A DNA stretch of 44,054 bases from the IMG/VR virus record IMGVR_UViG_3300029494_000008; one strand, given 5' to 3'. Made by a program: the position numbers and the translations under genes. This DNA is from a virus. The notes beneath the pieces were generated by a model. It worked only from the letters and a program-made list of their open reading frames with translations, was not told the origin of the DNA and ran no database searches. Below, piece after piece: positions 14,690-21,884 of this stretch (position 1 is the first letter of the stretch; each line of letters begins with the position of its first letter).

Positions 14690-14965
14690 ATGGCCGACTA
14701 TGCTTTCAGAACCATCGAGGACCGGCGGAAGATACAGGAAATGTGGGAGGAAGGAAGATCGCCGCGAGAGATCGCGGGGGCCTTTGAGAAATCCCTGGAT
14801 GTAGTTTATACCGAACTTTCCCGGGGCCGGGATGGAACGCGCCTGCCGGATCAGCGCCTGCGGTATAGCGCGGATCTGGCCCAGCGCAAGGTGCAGCAAT
14901 CCCTGGAGCGGCGGGGCAGAAAAGCCGGAAAGCCCACCACCGGGAAAAGAGCGGCGGGCCTGTAA
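14690..14965 (+). CDS. Orphan HTH protein homologous to the N-terminal DNA-binding domain of the IS30 transposase.
   Basis: 'RTIEDRRKIQEMWEEGRSPREIAGAFEKSLDVVYTELSRG' aligns with the transposase segment 'LKWEDRLKIEGALKTGGKPAEIAEMLGVCVKTIYNEIKRG'. Confidence 0.6.
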   Translation: MADYAFRTIEDRRKIQEMWEEGRSPREIAGAFEKSLDVVYTELSRGRDGTRLPDQRLRYSADLAQRKVQQSLERRGRKAGKPTTGKRAAGL

Positions 14966-14988
14966 CGGCCGCCGGAAAGGAGAACCGC

Positions 14989-15453
14989 ATGAAAAGAAAG
15001 GAAATCAAGTGGCGGCGGGAGGGCCGCCGGGTAATGACCGGACGCCAGGACGGCGTGATCTTTCGGATCTGGACACCGTATGACGCCCCGGAAAAGGGGT
15101 ATTCCGTGAGCAGCAACGACACCAAGGGAAGGGGCCGGGGCATAAACACGGCAGACCACAAGACTTTTCCGACCTGGGAGGCGGCCGTGGAGTTCTGCCA
15201 GCAGATCATGGTGGGAGAGGTTGACCTGGAAACCATGCGGGCGGAGTTCGACGCGGCGGAGGCGGAAAAGGAACGGCGGGCGATCCGCCGGGCCGTGGCA
15301 GAGGCCAAGGAGTTCCGGGGACACCTGGAGCGGGCGGGAATTTCGTACACCACCCTGCTGCACCTGGTGGCATTACAGGAAGGAATGGGCGGACTGGCCC
15401 ACAATATCCTCCTGGGATATGAACACGGGGAGGGCTGGCCGGATGGGACCTGA
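14989..15453 (+). CDS. Hypothetical protein.
   Basis: 154-aa ORF with SD 'aaaggag' upstream. Confidence 0.6.
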   Translation: MKRKEIKWRREGRRVMTGRQDGVIFRIWTPYDAPEKGYSVSSNDTKGRGRGINTADHKTFPTWEAAVEFCQQIMVGEVDLETMRAEFDAAEAEKERRAIRRAVAEAKEFRGHLERAGISYTTLLHLVALQEGMGGLAHNILLGYEHGEGWPDGT

Positions 15454-15862
15454 CGAAAAGGACACCGGCCCGCTGACGGTTTACATGGACGGCCGGCCGG
15501 TGGGGATTGCGGGCGGTGAGATCCCGGAGATCTCCCTGACGGCGGAGGAACCCGTGGAGGCCGTACCGTCGGCCGCATTCTCCGGCGGGTCCGTGACCAT
15601 CACGCTGGAGCAGGCCAGTGAGGCCATGAAGTCACTGGCGGGGGCGTGGGACGCGATATGTACAACCCTGGAGCAGGCCGGAAAGGCGGTGGCCAGGGTA
15701 TGGGCGGTCTACTGGAGGGCGCTGGAGTTCCGGGAGGCCATGCGGTGGGCCTCCGTCTACAACCGCCCCCTGGCCTACCGCTACCGGCACACCAAGAAAA
15801 AGCGGACCCGTAAGAAGTACGCCAAGCGGATCCTGGCCTGGTATCGGGAGGAGGTCCTGTAA
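15443..15862 (+). CDS. Hypothetical protein.
   Basis: Internal ATG at 15443 within track ORF 15221..15862. It overlaps the upstream stop by 11 nt. Confidence 0.5.
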   Translation: MGPDEKDTGPLTVYMDGRPVGIAGGEIPEISLTAEEPVEAVPSAAFSGGSVTITLEQASEAMKSLAGAWDAICTTLEQAGKAVARVWAVYWRALEFREAMRWASVYNRPLAYRYRHTKKKRTRKKYAKRILAWYREEVL

Positions 15863-16222
15863 ATGCTACGGCTGACGGCGAACAAGACGAAACTTTACAC
15901 ACTGGTGGCGGATTATGTGGACAACCTGCCGCCTATGCGAAAAACCGAGTTTATAAAATACCCGCGCACCCCCGACTATGCCCTGGAGTGGGCCACGGAG
16001 CGGGAGAAGGGCCGCGCCTTTCTCTCTGCCTGCATGGGCCGCCCCCTCCTGAAAATCGACATTGACGAAAAAGAAACCGGCCGACTTGTACGGGGCGCGT
16101 GCAAGTACATAGACCTGCAGGACCTCCGGGAGCGGGGCATGGTGGAGGAGTTCACCACGGCGGCGGAGCGCCGGCGGATAGAAAGGGGTGCCGACAATGG
16201 CGGACTTTCTCCCGCTACCTGA
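15863..16222 (+). CDS. Hypothetical protein.
   Basis: 119-aa ORF whose ATG directly abuts the previous stop. Confidence 0.6.
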   Translation: MLRLTANKTKLYTLVADYVDNLPPMRKTEFIKYPRTPDYALEWATEREKGRAFLSACMGRPLLKIDIDEKETGRLVRGACKYIDLQDLRERGMVEEFTTAAERRRIERGADNGGLSPAT

Positions 16223-16772
16223 CAGGGAATACCAGGTGATTTACGCGGATCCCCCGTGGGAGTACCGGCAACACGGGACCACGGCCAAGAGCCGGGGAAA
16301 CGCGGCCCAGCACTATCCCACCATGACCACCGAGGATATATGCAAATTGCCAGTGAAGAAAATCTGCGGGGGGGGGGCAGCCTGTTTCATGTGGGCGACT
16401 TTCCCAAACATCGCGGAGGCGATCAAGGTTCTGGAGGCGTGGGGGTTCGTTTACAAAACCGCCGCTTTCGTGTGGGTCAAGACCTACGCCAAGAGCGGGC
16501 GGCCGTTTTGGGGAATGGGCGCCTACACCCGCGCAAACGCGGAGGTGTGCCTGCTGGGGGTGTCCCCCGGGTTCAAGGCCCGGGAGCGGATCCGCAGCCA
16601 CCGCGTCCACCAGGTGATCACGGCCCCCTTTGAGGGGCACAGCAAAAAGCCGGACGAAACGCGGCGGCGGATCGTGGAACTGCTGGGGGATGTGCCACGG
16701 CTGGAACTGTTCGCCAGGGACCGCGCCCCAGGGTGGGACGCCTGGGGGAATGAGGCGCCGCCGGAAGAATAG
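16197..16772 (+). CDS. MT-A70-family DNA N6-adenine methyltransferase.
   Basis: 'IYADPPWEY' is the DPPW catalytic motif, and '...HSKKPDE...' is also present. The ATG at 16197 is preferred over the GTG at 16188. The gene contains a G10 tract at 16368-16377. Confidence 0.8.
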   Translation: MADFLPLPDREYQVIYADPPWEYRQHGTTAKSRGNAAQHYPTMTTEDICKLPVKKICGGGAACFMWATFPNIAEAIKVLEAWGFVYKTAAFVWVKTYAKSGRPFWGMGAYTRANAEVCLLGVSPGFKARERIRSHRVHQVITAPFEGHSKKPDETRRRIVELLGDVPRLELFARDRAPGWDAWGNEAPPEE

Positions 16773-16781
16773 GAGGAACCC

Positions 16782-16997
16782 ATGAGCGAAAAGCGGAGGC
16801 GGCCGGCCAGGCTGGAGATCGGCCAGGAAGTGGTGCGGACGCCGGAAACCATCTTCGAGGAGGCGCACGGAAAAGCCATCCGGCGGCCCATGCGGGGCCG
16901 CGTGGACTATATCCACCCCCGGGGGCGGTTCCACATCGTGGCTTTCGAGGTGCGCGGGAAAACCATCAAGGAAACCTTTCAAGGTGTGGAGGCATAA
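16782..16997 (+). CDS. Hypothetical small protein.
   Basis: 71-aa ORF with SD 'aggagg'. Confidence 0.55.
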   Translation: MSEKRRRPARLEIGQEVVRTPETIFEEAHGKAIRRPMRGRVDYIHPRGRFHIVAFEVRGKTIKETFQGVEA

Positions 16998-16999
16998 CA

Positions 17000-17641
17000 A
17001 TGAAATTTTTGGAAAAGAACGGGCTTAAAACAGCACAGACCCGTTTCAGGGACATTTTTCAAAGCAACATCCACCGGAACTATGCGGACGACCTTCTGGC
17101 GTGGCTGGAGAGGGAAACGGACTTTTTCGAGGCCCCGGCCTCCACCCGGAACCACGGAGCGCACCCCGGCGGCCTGCTGGTACACTCCCTGAACGTGTAC
17201 CGCCGCCTGCGGGCCATCGTGTGCGTGGAAACCTACGGGGACACCACCTCCTCCGACCTGCTGGCGGGGGACGTGGAGGAAACGGTGGCGATCCTGGGCC
17301 TGCTGCATGACGTGTGCAAGGTGAACTGCTACCACACCGAAACCCGCCGGCGGAAGAACCCGGACACCGGGTTTTGGGAGGGCTACCGGGCGTATGCGTT
17401 CCGGGATCCCCTTCCCCTGGGACACGGCGAGAAAAGCCTGTACCTGATCCAGCGGCACATGGACCTGGAACCGGAGGAGGCCCTGGCCATCCGGTGGCAC
17501 ATGGGGGCCTATGACAACGCGGTGAAGGGTGACGGACGCGCCCTTTCGGCGGCCATGGAGGCCACCCCGTGGGTGTGGCGCCTCCACCAGGCGGATATGT
17601 GCGCGGCCTGGGTGGATGAACGGGAGGCGGCGGAGGAATGA
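17000..17641 (+). CDS. HD-domain phosphohydrolase.
   Basis: 213 aa. Motifs are '...HGAHPGGLLVHS...', 'LLHDVCK' and '...RWHMGAYD'. Confidence 0.65.
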   Translation: MKFLEKNGLKTAQTRFRDIFQSNIHRNYADDLLAWLERETDFFEAPASTRNHGAHPGGLLVHSLNVYRRLRAIVCVETYGDTTSSDLLAGDVEETVAILGLLHDVCKVNCYHTETRRRKNPDTGFWEGYRAYAFRDPLPLGHGEKSLYLIQRHMDLEPEEALAIRWHMGAYDNAVKGDGRALSAAMEATPWVWRLHQADMCAAWVDEREAAEE

Positions 17642-17814
17642 AAAAGGTTCTTTGCAAGCCCTGCGCGGTGGAAACCGCCGCCCGGAAGGATCGGGAGGTC
17701 AAGCAACTGCCCGGACGGTCCGAGAAGATCACCTGCGACAAGTGCGGCCGCCGGCGCTATGGCCTCCCCTATGAGGTCAAGCGAGTATTTTTCACGGGAG
17801 GGTCCAGGAAATGA
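17638..17814 (+). CDS. Small zinc-ribbon-like protein (58 aa).
   Basis: Hand translation gives MKKVLCKPCAVE...ITCDKCGRRRYG... (CxxC...CxxC). It has ATGA overlaps at both ends. It is too short for the track. Confidence 0.45.
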   Translation: MKKVLCKPCAVETAARKDREVKQLPGRSEKITCDKCGRRRYGLPYEVKRVFFTGGSRK

Positions 17815-18725
17815 GCCAACGAAAAGCAAAAGAGTACCGCCGGGCCATGGAGCAGTACCAGGGTGTGGCGGCAGACGTGGACGACCTGAAACGCCGGATC
17901 GGCGCCATGGAGGTCCGGCACCGCCGGGAGGATCAAATGGCGGAGGCGGCCAGACGACGGGCGCGGGCCGCCGCCCGGGAGCAGCAGGAACAGGAGAGAG
18001 TGCGGGCACAGGAGCAAGCGGAGGCGGAGCGCCGGGAGGCCAACCGTCGCCGGAATGAGCGCCGCCGGCGTATCGTCCGGCGCCGCCGGATCACCGCCAT
18101 GGCCTGCCTGGCCGCCCTGGTCCTGGCCATGGTGTGGGCCGTCGCTATGGCCTGCGCGGCCGTAGGCGCTGGCGAACCGGAAACGATCCTGCCGGATCCC
18201 GTGGCCGTCACGCCAATTACCACGCCGGCGGCCGTCCTGGGGGAGGATCCGCTGGAGGCGGAGAAGATCGAGGCCGCCCTGCTGGAACAGGGGTATTTCT
18301 CCGAGGAGATCCCGCTTTCCTACGACCTCCAGGACGTTATGCGGACCGCCTGCGCGGAATACGGGTGCCCCTATCCCCTGGCCCTGGCCGTGGCGGAGGT
18401 GGAAAGCCACTTCGACATGGACGCCGTGGGCGCCGTGGGAGAGGTGGGGATCATGCAGTTAAACCCGGGGCCGGAGAATACATACTGGATCAACCTGGAG
18501 GCAGAAACCGGAGAGGACCCGACCACGCCGGCCGGTAACATCATCTGCGGGGCCTACCTGCTGGGGACCCACATGGCCAACTATGGGGAGCCGGAAAAGG
18601 CCCTTATGGCCTACAACATGGGACCGGGCGGGGCCGCCCAGGCATGGGCCGCCGGTATCACCTCCACCGAGTACAGCGCCAAGGTTATGGAGGCCATGGA
18701 CCGCTGGGAGGCGGTCCTGGCGTGA
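17811..18725 (+). CDS. Membrane-anchored lytic transglycosylase (SLT domain) with an Arg/Glu-rich coiled-coil N-terminus.
   Basis: 'AVAEVESHFDMDAVGAVGEVGIMQL...YNMG' is an SLT pattern. The TM segment is 'MACLAALVLAMVWAVAMACAAV'. Confidence 0.7.
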   Translation: MSQRKAKEYRRAMEQYQGVAADVDDLKRRIGAMEVRHRREDQMAEAARRRARAAAREQQEQERVRAQEQAEAERREANRRRNERRRRIVRRRRITAMACLAALVLAMVWAVAMACAAVGAGEPETILPDPVAVTPITTPAAVLGEDPLEAEKIEAALLEQGYFSEEIPLSYDLQDVMRTACAEYGCPYPLALAVAEVESHFDMDAVGAVGEVGIMQLNPGPENTYWINLEAETGEDPTTPAGNIICGAYLLGTHMANYGEPEKALMAYNMGPGGAAQAWAAGITSTEYSAKVMEAMDRWEAVLA

Positions 18726-18991
18726 AACCCTTTAATTTCAACGACGGGAGCCGGGAGCAGATACGGAGGGACGCCCAGGCGCGGGCGCGGTTCCACCGCT
18801 GGCAGGCCCCGGGGCGCGCCCGGGTGGAACATCCGGCCCACGGGTCCGTGGTGGTGCCCCACGCCTCCAACCTGGCCGCGATCCTGAACGCGGCGGAGGT
18901 ATGGCGGTGCAACTGGGCGACGATCCTGGACGCAAAGGTGTGGGCCGCCGATCCTTCGGAGCCGGTGGCCAAAATGCCCCTACATATTTAA
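18722..18991 (+). CDS. Hypothetical protein.
   Basis: GTG at 18722 overlaps the previous stop (GTGA) and is in frame with track ORF 18644..18991. Confidence 0.45.
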   Translation: MKPFNFNDGSREQIRRDAQARARFHRWQAPGRARVEHPAHGSVVVPHASNLAAILNAAEVWRCNWATILDAKVWAADPSEPVAKMPLHI

Positions 18992-19008
18992 TAAAGGAGG
19001 ACAGGCTG

Positions 19009-19584
19009 GTGATCATCGAGGAAAAGGGCCTGGTAAAGGCCATCAAAATCGCATACCGACACGGCGGATATACCGTCCTGAACCAGGGCGGAGAGGTCAC
19101 GATCTACACGGAAGGCTGGTTCGTGCGGTGCCTGTGGCCGAAACTGCCCCGCAAGGCGCTGGCCACCATCGTGGAACACATGGGAATGATCCCGGACGAC
19201 GGCGAGGCCGTGGCCATCGAGAAGGACAACCAGCCCCAGGCCATCATGGCCGGGATCGTGAGCGACGACGTGGACGGGTGGATGGGCGGAGAGGTGGCCA
19301 GCATGGCCTCCTATGTCCCTGTCACCTTCCGGGGGTATCAGTTATTCCAGGAAGTGAGCGGCCGTCAGGCGTATGGCGTGGATCCCACGGCCCTGGCCAT
19401 CATCGAGCGGGCCACGGCGGAAATGGGATCGGCCGCAATTTCAGGCGGCCGTGCGCTGACCTGGAGCCACGACGGGGAAACCGTCATGCTGGAGGCGATC
19501 CGAAAAACCACCTGGGCGTGGGAGTGGGAGCGGACCGTGTGGGAGGCCCTGGAGAGTGTGGACCTGCACAAGAGGGAGGGTTGA
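19009..19584 (+). CDS. Hypothetical protein.
   Basis: GTG at 19009 lies 8 nt after 'aaggagg' and is in frame with track ORF 18901..19584. Confidence 0.55.
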   Translation: MIIEEKGLVKAIKIAYRHGGYTVLNQGGEVTIYTEGWFVRCLWPKLPRKALATIVEHMGMIPDDGEAVAIEKDNQPQAIMAGIVSDDVDGWMGGEVASMASYVPVTFRGYQLFQEVSGRQAYGVDPTALAIIERATAEMGSAAISGGRALTWSHDGETVMLEAIRKTTWAWEWERTVWEALESVDLHKREG

Positions 19585-19586
19585 CC

Positions 19587-19979
19587 GTGACGGAGTTCGA
19601 GAAGATCACCGCCTCCCCTGCCGTCCTGGGCGCTTTCCTGGGTTCCCTTCCCTGCCTGGAAGGTCCGTGGGACGACGCATTTCACCGGGAGTTCTGCGAC
19701 AAGTGCAAGGCGGAAAACTGCGACGCCTGCCCGCATGAGGCAGAGCGGAACAGCCCGACGTGGTGGCTGGGGCTGATCCACACGGGGACCGGGCCGGTGA
19801 GGACCGAGAGCCGGAACCCATACCTGCAGCAGGCCGCCAACCTCCGCCTGGAGGCCATGCACCAGCGGGACCGTTTCGGCCGTGACCTGCTGGCCCGGGA
19901 ACTGGAGAGCGCGGCGGCCACCATTGAGGAACTGGCGGCAGAAATGGAGGCGCGGACCCATGGAGAACCGGGCCTTTAA
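19587..19979 (+). CDS. Hypothetical Cys-rich protein.
   Basis: GTG at 19587 follows 'gggaggg'. It contains the motif 'CDKCKAENCDACPH'. Confidence 0.5.
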   Translation: MTEFEKITASPAVLGAFLGSLPCLEGPWDDAFHREFCDKCKAENCDACPHEAERNSPTWWLGLIHTGTGPVRTESRNPYLQQAANLRLEAMHQRDRFGRDLLARELESAAATIEELAAEMEARTHGEPGL

Positions 19980-20598
19980 TATGGATTGCATGGAGGCCAT
20001 GCGGTCCATGCCGGATCAATGTTTCGACCTGGCCGTGGTGGATCCGCCCTATGGGATCAGGATAAGCAACAATATGGGGCGGCGGAAGGGTGAGCGGCCG
20101 AGCGGATACAAAAAAGTGACCTGGGACGACACGCCACCGCCGCCGGAATACTTCACGGAACTGGTGCGGGTGTCAAAAAACCAGATCATTTTCGGGGCCA
20201 ACCATTTTGTGAGCCTGATCCCGGCGGCGGATAGTTCGTGCTGGATATGCTGGGACAAGGGATTTTCCAGTGAAGTGTCCTTTGCCTCCTTTGAACTGGC
20301 CTGGACCAGTTTTGACAGACCGAGCAAGCGCGTGGCGCTATCCTCCGCCCAGGCCGGAAGGATACACCCAACGCAAAAGCCGGTGGCGCTGTATGCCTGG
20401 ATTTTTCAACACTATGCAAAGCAAGGGGACCGGATCCTGGACACACACCTGGGGAGCGGGTCAAGCCGGATCGCCGCGTGGGACGCCGGCCTGGACTTCA
20501 CAGGGTACGAGATCGACCCGGAGTATTTCGAGGCCCAGGAAAAGCGGTTCCAGCAACACACCGCGCAAATGTCCCTGTTCGGCGGGGGGGGTATCTGA
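19960..20598 (+). CDS. DNA methyltransferase of the N6-adenine/N4-cytosine class (DPPY motif).
   Basis: 'LAVVDPPYGI' and '...HPTQKPVALY...DTHLGSGSS'. ATG at 19960 with 'ggagg' 9 nt upstream. There is a G8 run at 20584-20591 near the stop. Confidence 0.8.
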   Translation: MENRAFNMDCMEAMRSMPDQCFDLAVVDPPYGIRISNNMGRRKGERPSGYKKVTWDDTPPPPEYFTELVRVSKNQIIFGANHFVSLIPAADSSCWICWDKGFSSEVSFASFELAWTSFDRPSKRVALSSAQAGRIHPTQKPVALYAWIFQHYAKQGDRILDTHLGSGSSRIAAWDAGLDFTGYEIDPEYFEAQEKRFQQHTAQMSLFGGGGI

Positions 20599-20627
20599 TC
20601 ACAATATACATTTTTAGGAAAATGAAA

Positions 20628-20666
20628 GCCACCTGCGCCTGGTGCTGACAACACGGCGCAGGTGGC
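20628..20666. other. 12-bp-stem hairpin in the intergenic region upstream of the Rep-like gene.
   Basis: 'gccacctgcgcc' (20628-20639) pairs with 'ggcgcaggtggc' (20655-20666) around a 15-nt loop. No U-tract follows. Confidence 0.5.
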
Positions 20667-20819
20667 GATATAAGCGACGGCGAAACCGTCCCGGATACCT
20701 ATATTATATCAGTTCCCCGGGAGGTTCGCAACGGATAATTTTTCGGCGGGGCCACGGCCCCGTAAGCGCCGGTAAGAGGCATTAGTAAAGTGACCAGCAC
20801 CCGTAAAGGAGGGGGCACC

Positions 20820-21569
20820 ATGCCATACGTACACAGGGTGGTGCAGGCTGGCCGGACCGTCGAACACAGGAAAATGCAATCCTTCCGGGTCCACACCAAG
20901 GGGGTCAAGCGCGGCCCCAATAAGGGGACCACCACGGAAAAGCAAGCCCGGATCAACGAGCGGGTGGCAGAAGAACACCTGCGCTGGGACCTGAACGCCA
21001 ACTTTGACCACCGGGACCTCCACGCCGTCCTCCACTACTACGACAAGGACACGACCTTTGAGGAGATCCTGGCCCACAAGGCCGCTTTCCTGGCCAACCT
21101 TCGGAAAGCCTGCCGAAAGCGTGGGATCCAGTACAGGGCGGTGGTGGTGATCGAAACCAAGCGCATGACCAACCCACATATACACGTGGTGATCAGCCGC
21201 ATGGACCCGGAGATCATCACCGAGGCATGGGAGAACGTCCCCAGGGGAGGCGGGGGTATCAGTTTCAAGCCCCTGGACCGCCGGGGGAACCATGCGAAAC
21301 TGGCGGCCTACCTGATGAAGGAAAGCCGGTCCACCATGGAGAAGTACCGGGAGGCAGGAAAGCGGGGAAAGCGGTACAGCAAAACCCAAAACATGACCAA
21401 GCCGGTGATCACCTACAAGGTGGTGTCCGCCTCCTCCTGGAGGCATGAGCCAAAAGCGCGGAAAGGCGCGGTCCTGTATAAGTTCGACGACGGGGCGACC
21501 TGCAAAACCGGGTGGCACGAAATGACGGGCTACCCATACCAGGAATATTTCGAGGTTTTCAACGAATAG
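20820..21569 (+). CDS. HUH-superfamily rolling-circle replication initiator-like protein.
   Basis: 'NPHIHVVIS' (HUH plus a hydrophobic run) and 'KLAAYLMKES' (YxxK-type tyrosine motif). ATG at 20820 follows 'aaaggaggggg'. Confidence 0.55.
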   Translation: MPYVHRVVQAGRTVEHRKMQSFRVHTKGVKRGPNKGTTTEKQARINERVAEEHLRWDLNANFDHRDLHAVLHYYDKDTTFEEILAHKAAFLANLRKACRKRGIQYRAVVVIETKRMTNPHIHVVISRMDPEIITEAWENVPRGGGGISFKPLDRRGNHAKLAAYLMKESRSTMEKYREAGKRGKRYSKTQNMTKPVITYKVVSASSWRHEPKARKGAVLYKFDDGATCKTGWHEMTGYPYQEYFEVFNE

Positions 21570-21581
21570 GAGGACAAGCCC

Positions 21582-21884
21582 ATGAAAATTTACATAGCGG
21601 GAAAGATCGCCGGGGATCGGCGGTATCGGGCAAAGTTCCGGGAGGCAGCCAAGGTCCTGGAGGCGGCCGGCCATGTGGTCCTGAACCCCGCCACCCTGCC
21701 GGACGGATTGACCGACGGGGACTATATGCGGATCGCGCTGGCCATGCTGGAGGCGTCGGACCTGGCCGTGTTCCTCCCTGACTATCAGGAGAGCCGGGGC
21801 GCCATGGTGGAATGGGCCTGGTGTCAGAGGACCGGGAAAGAGTGCGCCCTGTATCTGGACATGACGGGAGGCGGGGCAAAATGA
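21582..21884 (+). CDS. DUF4406 / nucleoside 2-deoxyribosyltransferase-like protein.
   Basis: 100 aa with the pattern 'MKIYIAGKIAGD...VLNPA...'. Confidence 0.55.
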   Translation: MKIYIAGKIAGDRRYRAKFREAAKVLEAAGHVVLNPATLPDGLTDGDYMRIALAMLEASDLAVFLPDYQESRGAMVEWAWCQRTGKECALYLDMTGGGAK

